A stretch of 64,000 nt of DNA from an uncultured Holophagales bacterium (GCA_963842525.1 CAWJGT010000025.1:224001-288000), one strand, 5' to 3'; positions 1 to 11,725 are shown, counted from the first letter of the stretch. Made by a program: numbers and translations. Notes: a model not told the origin generated them from the sequence alone.

Positions 1-205
1 CGCCGACGATGACGTTGCGCACGGTGCCGTCGCGGCCCAGCAGCACGCCGACCTGGCGGCCGAGGCGGCGGGAGGTCTCGGTGAGATGGCGGGCCAGCTC
101 GGGGGAGACGACCTGCCGCGGGTCGACGCGGCGGCGGTAGGTGCGCTCCAGGGCGCTGACTTCGGATGCCTTGATGCCTCGGGTGTCGCCGTGGATCTGG
201 GAAAT
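1..205 (-). CDS. hflX: GTPase HflX, long N-terminal type (5' part; runs off the window)
   Basis: Manual translation (M)SQIHGDTRGIKASEVSALERTYRRRVDPRQVVSPELARHLTETSRRLGRQVGVLLGRDGTVRNVIVG resembles the extended HflX N-terminus; apparent ATT start at 205 behind an AGAGGAG RBS. Confidence 0.75.
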   Translation of the reverse strand, partial: MSQIHGDTRGIKASEVSALERTYRRRVDPRQVVSPELARHLTETSRRLGRQVGVLLGRDGTVRNVIVG

Positions 206-218
206 GGCGCTCTCCTCT

Positions 219-896
219 TCAGTGAACGGTCGGGGGGGCGAAGTATTCCGCGGCCGTGATCGGCTCGAACCCCATACCCATCAACGCCAGAAGGAGCTGT
301 TCTCTTTCCACCGGGCCGCGCACCTCCAGCAGGGCCTGCTTGTCCTCGGGGCGGAACGGCAGGGCGACCGACAGCCCGTTGAGCAGGGAGATGCCCGGCA
401 GGGCGGCGAGGAGGTCGAAGTCGAGCTCCATCCCATGCTTCGGGCCGAAGGTGCGGAGCGCGGCGAGCAGGCGCGAGGGGTCGAGGGTGGTCCCGGGCTC
501 CGCCAGGTCGGCCGCGAACTCGCCGAAGTCGGCCACGACGCGCCGGTAGCCGCGGTGGAGCGGCAGCTCTTCCTGGATGCGAAAGCGGCTGCTGCCGCGC
601 AGGACGATCTCGTAGCGGCCGTCCGGCTGCCGCTCCCAGCGGTCGATGCGGCCGGCGCAGCCGACCCGGTAGATCTCCGGGTTTTCCGACAGATGCTCCG
701 GCGGACCCCAGTTGTCCGGCTGCGGCACGACCGGCTGGACCATGCCGATGTGGAGCCCCTCCTCCAGGGCGTCGGCCACCATGTGGCGGTAGCGCGGCTC
801 GAAGACGTTGAGCGGCAGGAGGTTGCCGGGCAGCAGCAGGGTCCCGGTCAGCGGGAAGACCGGGAACACGCTCGGAATGGGGGTCTGCTCGGACAT
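219..896 (-). CDS. LON peptidase substrate-binding domain protein
   Basis: PVFPLTGTLLLPG..LPLNVFEPRYRHMV and DGRYEIVLRG motifs; ATG at 896 overlaps the upstream stop. Confidence 0.9.
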   Translation of the reverse strand: MSEQTPIPSVFPVFPLTGTLLLPGNLLPLNVFEPRYRHMVADALEEGLHIGMVQPVVPQPDNWGPPEHLSENPEIYRVGCAGRIDRWERQPDGRYEIVLRGSSRFRIQEELPLHRGYRRVVADFGEFAADLAEPGTTLDPSRLLAALRTFGPKHGMELDFDLLAALPGISLLNGLSVALPFRPEDKQALLEVRGPVEREQLLLALMGMGFEPITAAEYFAPPTVH

Positions 897-1849
897 CACA
901 GCTCGGAATGGTGCAAGCCCTGTTCCCCGATGCACCAGTTGAGCACCGCCATCGCGCTGGTCATCTTATGGTACGCCTGCCGGAAGGCGATGCTCTGGGG
1001 GCCGTCCAGGACCTCGTCGAGCACATCGGTCCCGCGTATGGCCGGCAGGTCGTGCATGAAGATCGTCCGCTCCTTGGAGACCCGGGCCATGATCTCGGGG
1101 GTGACGCCGTACGGACGGAACTTCTCTTGCCAGCCGGGCTCGTCCCGCTGCACGCCCGTGGTCAGCCAGCGCGTGGTGTAGACGGCGTCCACACCCCGGG
1201 GGAGCCGGTCGATGTCGTGGTGCTCCTCGATGACGGAGCCGTTGCGCTCGCCGGCCAGCCGGGCTTCCTCGATCATCTCTTCCGGTGCTCCGTAACCCGC
1301 GGGCGTGACCAGGGTCAGGTGCATGTGCGGCAGCAGCGCGAAGGCGTAGGCCAGGGCCGTCGCGGTGTTGTTGCGCTCGCCCAGGTACAGCACGTGCCGT
1401 CCCTCCAGCGTGCCGAACACCTCCTTGAGAGCGGCCAGATCGGCGATGGCCTGGGTCGGGTGCTCGTTCTCGCTCATGGCGTTGACGACGGACATCCGGT
1501 CCTGCTGGGCGAGATCGTGCATCTCCTCGATCGTCCCGCTGGTCCGCAGCACCAGGGCGTCCAGGTAGTTGGCCAGCACACGGGCCGTGTCCTTGACGGT
1601 CTCGCCGGTAGCGATCTGGAGGTCGTTGGGACCGTAGGAGATGACCGAGGCCCCCAGCTTCATCGCGCCGACGGTGAAGGACGTCCGGGTGCGGGTCGAG
1701 GTCTTGCGGAAGTAGATGCCGACGACCTTGCCGTCGAGCGGTTTCCGGCCCTCCCACCTGCCGCGCGCGATGGCGAGCGCCTCGTCGACGAGGCGCGTCA
1801 GAGTCTCGGTGTCGAGGTCCGTGATCGACAACACATGCCGTGCGGCCAT
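896..1849 (-). CDS. argF: Ornithine carbamoyltransferase-family carbamoyltransferase (divergent)
   Basis: STRTR carbamoyl-phosphate motif and HPTQ; HDLP in place of HCLP. Confidence 0.75.
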   Translation of the reverse strand: MAARHVLSITDLDTETLTRLVDEALAIARGRWEGRKPLDGKVVGIYFRKTSTRTRTSFTVGAMKLGASVISYGPNDLQIATGETVKDTARVLANYLDALVLRTSGTIEEMHDLAQQDRMSVVNAMSENEHPTQAIADLAALKEVFGTLEGRHVLYLGERNNTATALAYAFALLPHMHLTLVTPAGYGAPEEMIEEARLAGERNGSVIEEHHDIDRLPRGVDAVYTTRWLTTGVQRDEPGWQEKFRPYGVTPEIMARVSKERTIFMHDLPAIRGTDVLDEVLDGPQSIAFRQAYHKMTSAMAVLNWCIGEQGLHHSEL

Positions 1850-1906
1850 CTATCCCCCTTCCCCTGCGTTGGTCGAGAAGCGTCTGCTAGTAAGGTGTCG
1901 CCAACG

Positions 1907-3705
<1,799 letters not shown>

Positions 3706-3835
3706 GCGTGTCCTCGTCGTCGCGCGCTTCTTTTCGGAGACCGCGGCCGTTCATCCTACAACGGGCGGACCGGGGGGCGCCTATTCCGGGGGGCGTCCGT
3801 GAGGGGCGCGAGCGGCAAGGGGCGGACCGCCATCC

Positions 3836-3943
3836 GTAGGGGCAACCCTTGTGGTTGCCCTGTACCGCCTGCCCCTGCGGTGGGAAAATGCGCAGCGGCC
3901 GCCACGTGGCAAGACCGTGGGCAACCACAAGGGTTGCCCCTAC
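3836..3943. repeat. REP/REPIN-like inverted pair (GTAG-type palindromes)
   Basis: GTAGGGGCAACCCTTGTGGTTGCCC at 3836 and its reverse complement at 3919-3943. Confidence 0.85.
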
Positions 3944-3983
3944 AGGATTCACCCCACCCCGTGCCGGGTGAGGCCCCGCCTGA

Positions 3984-4263
3984 TCACTCCTCCGTCATGC
4001 GGTGTCCGCCTTCCGGCGTATAGAGGTAGTTGTATCCCTCCTGCGTCAGGACGTAGCCGTCCCGCTCGGCGTCGTGCTGCAGGAGGTTGCGGGCCAGCAG
4101 GGTGTCCAGGACGCCGTTCGAACTCGACGCCGGCCGTATCGGTCTCGGTCTTACGGAAGTAGGAGGTGGGAAGGAAGTCGCCCGGCCGGGCTCCGACCCG
4201 GTCTCCCTTCTGTTCGTGGAACTGCACGAGAAGCACCTCTTCGGGCTTGGTCAGCAGGATCAT
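3984..4263 (-). CDS. Small hypothetical protein (possible winged helix), frameshift near 4115
   Basis: MILLTKPEEVLLVQF...VEFE continues in another frame as GVLDTLLARNLLQHDAERDGYVLTQEGYNYL..*; AAGGAG RBS. Confidence 0.6.
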
Positions 4264-4339
4264 GCGTGTCTCCTTGCAGTCGGCGGGGAAGGCCCCGCCC
4301 CAGGGAGAGGCAGCAACCGGCATGCCACGTGCGCCGGCC

Positions 4340-4876
4340 CTATAGCTTCAGCACCATCTTGATCATGTCGTGCTGGTTGCCGTCGGGGTCGGTCCCATAG
4401 CCCGGGATGGTGTAGCCGTCGAAGCCCAGACTCTGCAGCGTCTGGACCGCATCGGCCTCGGAGTCGGAGACCAGCATGCACGTCAGGTGGCGCAGACCAT
4501 TGTTGCGGGCGATGGTGATGAACTTGTTGACCAGGATGGTCCCGAGGCCCGCTCCCCGGTAGGCGGGGTCGATCAGCCATTTCACGCGGCCGACCAGGCG
4601 GAGGGGGCCTCCTTCCCGGCGGTGGAGCGTGGCGTCGGCCACGACCTTGTTGCCATCCAGCGCGAGCAGCGGCAGGACCTTCGCGTAGTCGAGCTCCCGG
4701 CCCCAGCTCTCGACCAGGGCGCGGTTGTCGATCCGGTCCCAGGCGAAGCGGCGGACTTCGACGGGAAGCCGCTGGAAGAACTCGTAGAGAGGTTCCGCGT
4801 CGTTCTCGGTGAACAGCCGGATGAGGAGCCGGCGCCCGTCGCGGAGCACCGCCTCCTGGGGAAAGCGGTCAGGCAT
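4340..4876 (-). CDS. GNAT family N-acetyltransferase
   Basis: LRDGRRLLIR N-terminus; IDPAYRGAGLGT acetyl-CoA motif A. Confidence 0.9.
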   Translation of the reverse strand: MPDRFPQEAVLRDGRRLLIRLFTENDAEPLYEFFQRLPVEVRRFAWDRIDNRALVESWGRELDYAKVLPLLALDGNKVVADATLHRREGGPLRLVGRVKWLIDPAYRGAGLGTILVNKFITIARNNGLRHLTCMLVSDSEADAVQTLQSLGFDGYTIPGYGTDPDGNQHDMIKMVLKL

Positions 4877-5007
4877 TTTTTCCCTCCTCAGGAGCAGATT
4901 CGGGCGAAGCCGGGCCGGGGGAGCACGCGGATCGCCCTGGGGAAACTACCACAGGCGGAGAGGGCGGGTCAGTCGGTGCATAAGCGCCAACTTTGGCGCC
5001 CTGCTGA

Positions 5008-5106
5008 CCGGGCATGAATGCCCGGGCTAGGAACAGCGCCGGGTAAACCCGGCTTCAAAGCCCCATTCATGGGGCGCCGTTCCTAGCCCGGCGATTCATC
5101 GCCGGG
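5008..5106. repeat. REP-like nested palindromic element
   Basis: CCGGGCATGAATGCCCGGGCTAGGAAC...GTTCCTAGCCCGGCGATTCATCGCCGGG inverted arms with internal hairpins. Confidence 0.7.
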
Positions 5107-5177
5107 CGGGGCTCCGGAGCAAAGTCAAGGCTGGCGCGTCCTTTGCTTCCTCTTTCCTGCGAAGGAGGAATTCGTCG

Positions 5178-5417
5178 ATGCTCAGGATCAGGGACGAACG
5201 GACGGAATCGGCTCTCGGCGTGGGAGTGATCATGGCTCTTCTGTGGGCGGTCGCCACCATGGTGCGCGGGTTCTCGCTCGGGCCGCTGGCGGTCTCCTGG
5301 CAGGAGTGGTTCCTTCAGCTCATGGGTGGCGTGGTGTGCGCCCTGATCCTGCCCTGGCTGCTGGTGCGCGGAAGCGACTGGATCGCGTCCCGCGTCGAGT
5401 CGGTCCGGCAGAGGTAG
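5178..5417 (+). CDS. Small membrane protein (2 TM)
   Basis: AGGAGG RBS; two hydrophobic segments. Confidence 0.7.
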   Translation: MLRIRDERTESALGVGVIMALLWAVATMVRGFSLGPLAVSWQEWFLQLMGGVVCALILPWLLVRGSDWIASRVESVRQR

Positions 5418-5420
5418 GCG

Positions 5421-5577
5421 CCTCACCCCCTGTCCCCCTCTCCCATCTCCCTCTCCCCGACCGGGAGAGGGGGAACGCATCCGGAGCCGTTCTGCGAGCT
5501 CGCCACACAGGCAACAACGACGTCCCCCCTCTCCCGGGGGCAGGGAGGGAGATGGGAGAGGGGGACAGGGGGTGAGG
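5421..5577. repeat. CCTCACCCC/GGGAGAGGG palindromic repeat element, complete intergenic copy
   Basis: Long terminal inverted repeat CCTCACCCCCTGTCCCCCTCTCCCATCTCCCTC / GAGGGAGATGGGAGAGGGGGACAGGGGGTGAGG. Confidence 0.9.
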
Positions 5578-5599
5578 TTTCTGACGATAGACTCTCACC

Positions 5600-8500
5600 A
5601 TGACTGAACGCGTGTGGGAGGAGCTCTCCCGGACGGTGCGTACGGGTGCGCCCTACCGGTCCCTGCTCCAGGGGCTTGGAGATGTCGTGCGTCTGCCCGT
5701 GCCGGCGGCGGCCTGGGTCGGCGAGCTGCTGGCGCGGGATCTCGGCCGGCCGTTGCTCGTCCTCGTGCCGCGCGAGGCGGACGCCCTGGCCTGGCTGGAG
5801 GCGGCTCGCCTGTTCGGCCGCGAGGAGGGCGTGGTCTACTTCCCGGCCCCTTCGCTGACCCCCTATCAGGAGGCCGAAACCTCGCTGCTGGTGCGCGCCC
5901 AGGAATCCGTCGCGCTGGACCGGGTCCGGTCGGGAGCGGCCACCACGGTCGTGGCGACGCCGCGCGCGCTGTTCCGCCGCCTGCCGTCCGCCGCGGACTT
6001 CGCGTCCTGCGTGCTCGAGGTCCGGCCTGGCCAGGACCACCCGCTGGAAGGCCTCGTCGCCCACCTGGCCCGGTTCGGCTTCCGCCGCACCGACCTGGTC
6101 TACGAGGTCGGGGACTTCGCGGTCCGCGGCGGCATCCTCGACCTCTTCCCGCCCGGCGAGGACTCGCCGGTGCGGCTCGACTTCTTCGGCGACACGGTGG
6201 AGTCGATCCGCTGGTTCGATCCCCAGTCGCAGCGCTCCGAGGACACCCTGGACGCGGTGCGCATCCTGCCGCTCTACCTCTTTCCGGGAGGACGGGAAGA
6301 GGCGCTGGAGCTGGCCGGCCTGTTGACCAGCCTGCTGGGTACGGGGCGGGGGCCGGAGATGGGCCCGGAGGCGGCCGAGCTCGTCGAGGCGCTGCGGGTA
6401 CGGGGCGAGTTTCCCGGCTGGGAGAACTATCTGCCGCTCCTCGCCGGCAGCACCGTCGACCTGACCGGGGTGCTCGCGGAGCCTCTGGTCTGGGCGGTCG
6501 ACCCGCCGGCCCTGGAGGCCGAGGTGACCCACCACGCCGAGCGCCTGGAGCTCGACTTCGAGGCCCGGCGGGAGCACGGCAAGCTCGCCGTGCCGCCCGA
6601 GGAGCTGGAGCTGCCGGCCGAGCGGGTGCGCGAGGTCCTGGACACGGCGCCGCTGCGCCTGCGCGACCTGGTGCTCGGCGGCGAGCGGGAGGGCGCCGCG
6701 GTCGACTTCCACGCCACTCTCACCGATCTCTTCCACGGCCAGCTCCCGCGTTTTCCCCAGGAGGTGGCCACCTCCCGGGCGCGCGGCGAGCGCTGCCTGG
6801 TGGTCGTCTCCCCCACGCACCGCCGCAAGATCGAGGAGCTGCTCGAAGGGCGGGAGATCCCGCTCGGCCGCGGCGGCGTGGAGCTGGTCTCGGGCGAGCT
6901 CGGGCGCGGCTTCCGGCTGCCCGCCGCCGGGGTCGCCGTCTATGGCGAGGAGCAGCTCCTGCCGCAGGCCCGGCTCCAGCGCCGGCCGTCCCGCTCGCGC
7001 TTCGGGCCGTTCCTCTCCGGCCTGCGCGACCTCAAGGTGGGCGACTATGTGGTGCACTCCGACCACGGCATCGGCCAGTTCGTGGCGCTACGCTCGGTGG
7101 GGCGCGACGGCGACGGCACCGGCGGCCTGCCTCCCGTGCTGCGCGACCTGTCCTCCGGCGCGGCCGGCGCGACGGCGAGCGCCGAGACCGAGGTCATGGA
7201 GATCGCCTACGCCAGCGGCAAGCGGCTGCTTCTGCCGCTCAGCCGCATGGACCTGGTCCAGAAGTACAGCGGCATCGAGGGGGTGGCGCCGCGGCTCGAC
7301 CAACTCGGCGGCACTTCCTGGAACCGCACCAAGAGCCGGGTCAAGAGCGGCATGCGCGACATGGCCGGCGAGCTGCTCAAGCTCTACGCCGAGCGCCAGA
7401 TCGCCTCCGCGCCGGCCATGCCGTTCGACACCGACCTGCTGCACCAGTTCGAGGCCGCCTTCCCCTACGAGGAGACGCCCGACCAGCTCGAGACGATCGC
7501 AGTCATCAAGGAGGACCTGCAGCGGGAGCGCCCCATGGACCGGCTGCTCTGCGGCGACGTCGGCTATGGCAAGACCGAAGTGGCCATGCGCGCCGCGTTC
7601 AAGGCGGTCGACTCCGGCTACCAGGTGGCTGTCCTGGCGCCGACGACCATCCTGGCCGACCAGCACCTGGAGACCTTCCAGAAGCGGTTCGCCGACTTCC
7701 CGGTCACCATCGAGATGATCTCGCGCTTCCGCTCGCCGCAGGAAGTGAAGGAAGTGCGCAAGCGCCTCAAAGAAGGGAAGATCGACGTCCTGATCGGCAC
7801 GCACCGCCTTCTGTCGCGGGACATCGAGCTCCCGCGGCTCGCCCTGATGATCGTCGACGAGGAGCAGCGCTTCGGCGTGGCCCAGAAGGAGCGCTTGAAG
7901 CAGCTCAAGAAGAACGTCCACGTGCTCGCCATGTCGGCGACCCCGGTGCCGCGCACTCTCCAGCTCTCGCTGGCCGGGGTGCGCGACCTGTCGGTGATCG
8001 AGACCCCTCCGAAGGACCGGATGGCGGTCGAGACCGCGATCCTGCCGTTCACCAAGGAGCTGGTCCGCGAGGCGATCGAGTTCGAGATCGAGCGCGGCGG
8101 GCAGGTCTACTACGTATATAACCGCGTGGAGTCGATCGAGAAGATGCTGACCTTCCTGCGCGAGACCGTGCCCGGCGTGCGGGTGACGGTCGGGCACGGC
8201 CAGCTCGAAGAGTCGGAGCTCTCCCGCCGCATGCACGCCTTCACGCGCGGCGACTTCGACGTGCTGCTCGCCACCACGATCATCGAAAACGGGATCGACA
8301 TCCCCAGCGTCAACACCATGATCGTGCACCGCGCCGATCGCTTCGGGCTGGCCCAGCTCTACCAGCTCCGCGGCCGGGTCGGGCGGAGCAACCAGCTCGC
8401 CTACTGCTACCTGCTGGTGCCGGGAGACCGCATCCTCTCCGAGGCGGCCCGCAAGCGCCTGGCCGCCATCCGCGAGTTCACCGATCTGGGAGCGGGCTTC

Positions 8501-9076
8501 CGCATCGCCGCCCGCGACCTGGAGATCCGCGGCGCCGGCAACCTCCTGGGGGGCGAGCAGAGCGGGCACATCAACGCCGTGGGGATCGAGACCTATCTGA
8601 AGCTGCTCGAAGAGACCGTGCGGGAGCTGCGCGGCGAGGCGGTCGAGGAGGCCCCGTCGGTCAACATCGACCTGCCGGTGCCGATGTCGATCCCGCCGGA
8701 ATACGTGGACGACGCGAACCTGCGTATGGAGGTCTACCGCAAGATCGCCGCCGCCGAGCAGTCCGAGCGGGAGATCCTGGCCGAGCTGGCCGACCGCTTC
8801 GGTCCGCCGCCGCAGGCCGTCGTCACCCTCATCGAGGTCGCCGCCCTGAAGCGCACGGCCGAGGCGCTGCGCGTGCAGTCGATCTCGGCCAAGGGGAGCG
8901 AGCTCATCATCCGCCTCCGCCGCGATGCGCGGGTCGACGTCGACCGGCTGATCGAGATGGTCTCGAACCTGCCGGGGGCGAGCTTCAGTCCCACCGGGGT
9001 CCTGAGCCTGGCCGTGGGCAGCGGGCGGCTGATGCTCGGCGTGGCGCGGCAGACGCTGGAGGCGCTGGCAAATTGA
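5600..9076 (+). CDS. mfd: Transcription-repair coupling factor
   Basis: UvrB-like N-terminus, RID (GDYVVHSDHGIG), GDVGYGKT, DEEQRFG, QLRGRVGR, TRG motif. Confidence 0.98.
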   Translation: MTERVWEELSRTVRTGAPYRSLLQGLGDVVRLPVPAAAWVGELLARDLGRPLLVLVPREADALAWLEAARLFGREEGVVYFPAPSLTPYQEAETSLLVRAQESVALDRVRSGAATTVVATPRALFRRLPSAADFASCVLEVRPGQDHPLEGLVAHLARFGFRRTDLVYEVGDFAVRGGILDLFPPGEDSPVRLDFFGDTVESIRWFDPQSQRSEDTLDAVRILPLYLFPGGREEALELAGLLTSLLGTGRGPEMGPEAAELVEALRVRGEFPGWENYLPLLAGSTVDLTGVLAEPLVWAVDPPALEAEVTHHAERLELDFEARREHGKLAVPPEELELPAERVREVLDTAPLRLRDLVLGGEREGAAVDFHATLTDLFHGQLPRFPQEVATSRARGERCLVVVSPTHRRKIEELLEGREIPLGRGGVELVSGELGRGFRLPAAGVAVYGEEQLLPQARLQRRPSRSRFGPFLSGLRDLKVGDYVVHSDHGIGQFVALRSVGRDGDGTGGLPPVLRDLSSGAAGATASAETEVMEIAYASGKRLLLPLSRMDLVQKYSGIEGVAPRLDQLGGTSWNRTKSRVKSGMRDMAGELLKLYAERQIASAPAMPFDTDLLHQFEAAFPYEETPDQLETIAVIKEDLQRERPMDRLLCGDVGYGKTEVAMRAAFKAVDSGYQVAVLAPTTILADQHLETFQKRFADFPVTIEMISRFRSPQEVKEVRKRLKEGKIDVLIGTHRLLSRDIELPRLALMIVDEEQRFGVAQKERLKQLKKNVHVLAMSATPVPRTLQLSLAGVRDLSVIETPPKDRMAVETAILPFTKELVREAIEFEIERGGQVYYVYNRVESIEKMLTFLRETVPGVRVTVGHGQLEESELSRRMHAFTRGDFDVLLATTIIENGIDIPSVNTMIVHRADRFGLAQLYQLRGRVGRSNQLAYCYLLVPGDRILSEAARKRLAAIREFTDLGAGFRIAARDLEIRGAGNLLGGEQSGHINAVGIETYLKLLEETVRELRGEAVEEAPSVNIDLPVPMSIPPEYVDDANLRMEVYRKIAAAEQSEREILAELADRFGPPPQAVVTLIEVAALKRTAEALRVQSISAKGSELIIRLRRDARVDVDRLIEMVSNLPGASFSPTGVLSLAVGSGRLMLGVARQTLEALAN

Positions 9077-10032
9077 GAGCCCCTCACCCCCGGCCCCTCT
9101 CCCAACCGCCCTCCCAGACCCCCGGGAGAGGGGAGGAAGGACACCAAGGTCTCCAAGGTCTCCAAGGACGCCAAGGACTCAAAGGGAGAGCGTCCTTGCT
9201 GTCCTTGTTGTCCTTGTTGTCCCTTGCCTGCCAGCACCCCGACCCCCCAGCCCCCGACGTCGTGGCAAAAATCGGAGACTCGGAGGTCCGCTATGCGCAG
9301 CTCGAAGGCTATGTCTCGCGCATCGCCGGAGAGGGCGAGACCGTCCTGGCGAGCGACGTCCTGTCGCAGCTCTTCGACCAGTTCCTGGACGAGGAGCTGC
9401 TGATGCGGCTGGCCGTGGACCGGGGCCTGGCGAAGGGCACGGCCGCCGCCGGCAGCGCGGCGCGGCGGCGAGCGATCGACGCTCTGCTCGAAGCGGACCT
9501 CCCGGCCGAGCCGGGCGAGCGGGAGATCGCGGCCTACTACCGGGCGCACCGCCAGGACTTCGCCCGTCCCGAGCGCGTACGGCTCCGCCAGATCCTGACC
9601 GAGGGCCGCGCCGAGGCCGAGCAGGCGTTGCGCGAGCTCGCCGCCGGGACCGATTTCGACCAGCTCGCCCGCCGGATGTCGCGCGATCCGAGCGCCGCAT
9701 CCGGCGGCTACCAGGGAGAGCTGGCGCGCGCCGACCTGCCTCCCGCTTTCGCCGAGATCATCTTCTCCCTGCAGCCGGGCGAGACCAGCCAGGTCGTGCC
9801 GGCCGACTATGGGTTCCACATCTTCCAGGTCATGTCGCGCGCTTCCGCCGAGGTGGTGCCTCTCGCGGCGGCGCGCGGCGAGATCGTCGAGCGGCTGCGC
9901 CAGGAGCGGGCCGACCGTCTCCTGGCCAAGCTGGTCCAGGATGCCCGCAGCCGCTACCATCTCGAGGTCTACGCGAGGAATCTTCCCTTCCAGTACCGAG
10001 GTTCTCATGCACATGCGCCGAACAGTCCCTAG
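9073..10032 (+). CDS. PpiC/parvulin-type peptidylprolyl isomerase, predicted lipoprotein
   Basis: LSLAC lipobox; ERVRLRQIL, FDQLARRMS, YGFHIFQV parvulin motifs; start uncertain. Confidence 0.85.
   Translation: MRAPHPRPLSQPPSQTPGRGEEGHQGLQGLQGRQGLKGRASLLSLLSLLSLACQHPDPPAPDVVAKIGDSEVRYAQLEGYVSRIAGEGETVLASDVLSQLFDQFLDEELLMRLAVDRGLAKGTAAAGSAARRRAIDALLEADLPAEPGEREIAAYYRAHRQDFARPERVRLRQILTEGRAEAEQALRELAAGTDFDQLARRMSRDPSAASGGYQGELARADLPPAFAEIIFSLQPGETSQVVPADYGFHIFQVMSRASAEVVPLAAARGEIVERLRQERADRLLAKLVQDARSRYHLEVYARNLPFQYRGSHAHAPNSP
9081..9225. repeat. Left arm of the CCTCACCCC element followed by inverted 9-nt tandem repeats
   Basis: CCCTCACCCCCGGCCCCTCTCCC..GGGAGAGGGG, then (CCAAGGTCT)n facing (GTCCTTGTT)n. 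Confidence 0.75.
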
Positions 10033-11231
10033 CCTTCTCCTCATCCTTCCCGTCCTGGCGGCCCTCGCCGCCCCCGCGTCTCTCCACGCTGAAGTCCTCA
10101 ACCGCGTCGTACTGCGGGTCAACGACCAGATCGCCACGCTGTACGACTACCAGCAGCGCCGGCAGGAGCTGCACCCGCGAGGTGATGCGCCGCGAGATGG
10201 ACGCACAGGAGCGGCAGCAGACGCTCGCCGACCTGCCCGACCTGGTCTTCCGCGACATGCTCCAGGAGCTCCTGCTCCAATCGCGCGCCCAGCAGCTCGC
10301 GGTCACGGTGTCCGACGCCCAGATCGACGGCGGGATCGCTCAGATGAAGCAGAGCTTCGGGATCACGACCGAGGAAGAGTACCAGGCGGCGCTGGCGCAG
10401 TCCGGGTTGACCGAGCCGCAGCTCCGCGAGCAGCTCCGGGACAACTTCCGGGTGCGCGAGGTGATGGACCGCGAGGTCCGCAGCCGCATCAAGCTCAACG
10501 AGGAGGACCTGCGGCGCTACTACCGCAAGAACGCCGAAGAATTCCGGGCGCCGGAGCAGCTCCACCTGCGCGAGGTCGTGGTGCTCGAGGAGAGCGGCCT
10601 CTCGACGGCCGAGGAGCGGGCCAAGACCGCCGCCGAGATCCGGCAGGCCGCGGCCGGCAAGTCCCTGGCGGACGTCATCACCACCTACCGGGACATGGGC
10701 GTCACCAGCAACGTGATCGATCTGGGCTGGGTCTCTCAGGGCGACCTCGATCCGAGCCTGGAGTCCGCGGCCTGGAAGCTCAAGCCTGGCGAGGTGACCG
10801 AGCCGATCGCCGGCCGCGGCGGGCTCCACCTGATGCAGGTCGTCGAGCGCCGCGAGTCGCGGATCCCGCCCTTCTCCGAGGTCTCCGCGGCGATCGAGGC
10901 CCGCGAGCAGAACCGCGCCTACAATGAAGAGGTCGTCAAGTACATGGCGGAGCTGGAGAAGAAGTCGCTGGTGGTAGCCGACCCCCCGCAGGAGGCGGCC
11001 GGCTTCCGCCGGCTTCTCCAGCAGCCGGAGCCGACCGACGAGGACACCATGCTCGGCGATCTGGTCCGGCCGAACCGTGCCGCCGCTCCAGCACCCGCCA
11101 CACCGACCCAGGCCGCGCCCGGCGCCCTGCCCCAGCCCAAGCCGATGGACACCACCCCGCCGCCGGTGATGGAGCCTCCCACCGCCGAGCCGCCGCCGGC
11201 CGAGCCGTCCTCCCCACCGCCGGGGGTCTGA
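10007..11231 (+). CDS. SurA-like chaperone/PPIase, frameshift near 10172
   Basis: Signal peptide plus EVLNRVVLRVNDQIAT SurA N-terminus in one frame; parvulin domain (DLGWV, GLHLMQV) in the next. Confidence 0.85.
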
Positions 11232-11238
11232 GCAGCCC

Positions 11239-11634
11239 TTACTCCGGCTCTTCGAACGGCTCCGGACCCTCCTCCGCCTCGGGTCCGAGGCCCATGGCCT
11301 CGAGATCGGCGAGGAGCTCGCGGGCCGCCTCCGCGTGCTCCTCGGGAACCTGGATGAGGACGGGTCCGATCACCGGGTTGAACCCCGAGGGAAGGCGTCC
11401 CAAGGCGAAGAGGTCCTGGATCTGTTCGCCCTTCTTCAGATAGGGGATCTCTTCCGCCATCAGCAGCGACTCCGCCATGGCCAGCAGGCTCGGATTGCTT
11501 CCCTCGAACACCGTGACGAGCTGCAGATCGGGGTGCGGAGGTTGCTCCGGCAGGCTCCCGACGAGAGGGACCTCACAATCCACGCACTCGAAAAACCCCT
11601 CCCGGTACTCGCTGCGGCACTCGGGACAGTACAT
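11239..11634 (-). CDS. DUF2007-like protein with N-terminal zinc ribbon
   Basis: MYCPECRSEYREGFFECVDC; AESLLMAEEIPY..IQVPEEHAEAARELL. Confidence 0.85.
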   Translation of the reverse strand: MYCPECRSEYREGFFECVDCEVPLVGSLPEQPPHPDLQLVTVFEGSNPSLLAMAESLLMAEEIPYLKKGEQIQDLFALGRLPSGFNPVIGPVLIQVPEEHAEAARELLADLEAMGLGPEAEEGPEPFEEPE

Positions 11635-11725
11635 GAATGTCTCCTCCTGTCTTGGGGCCATTGTACGCTGCTTGAGCACGGCGCCAGCGTGAACTTGTCA
11701 GATTCGCGCGGCTTCGGTTGGAGAG

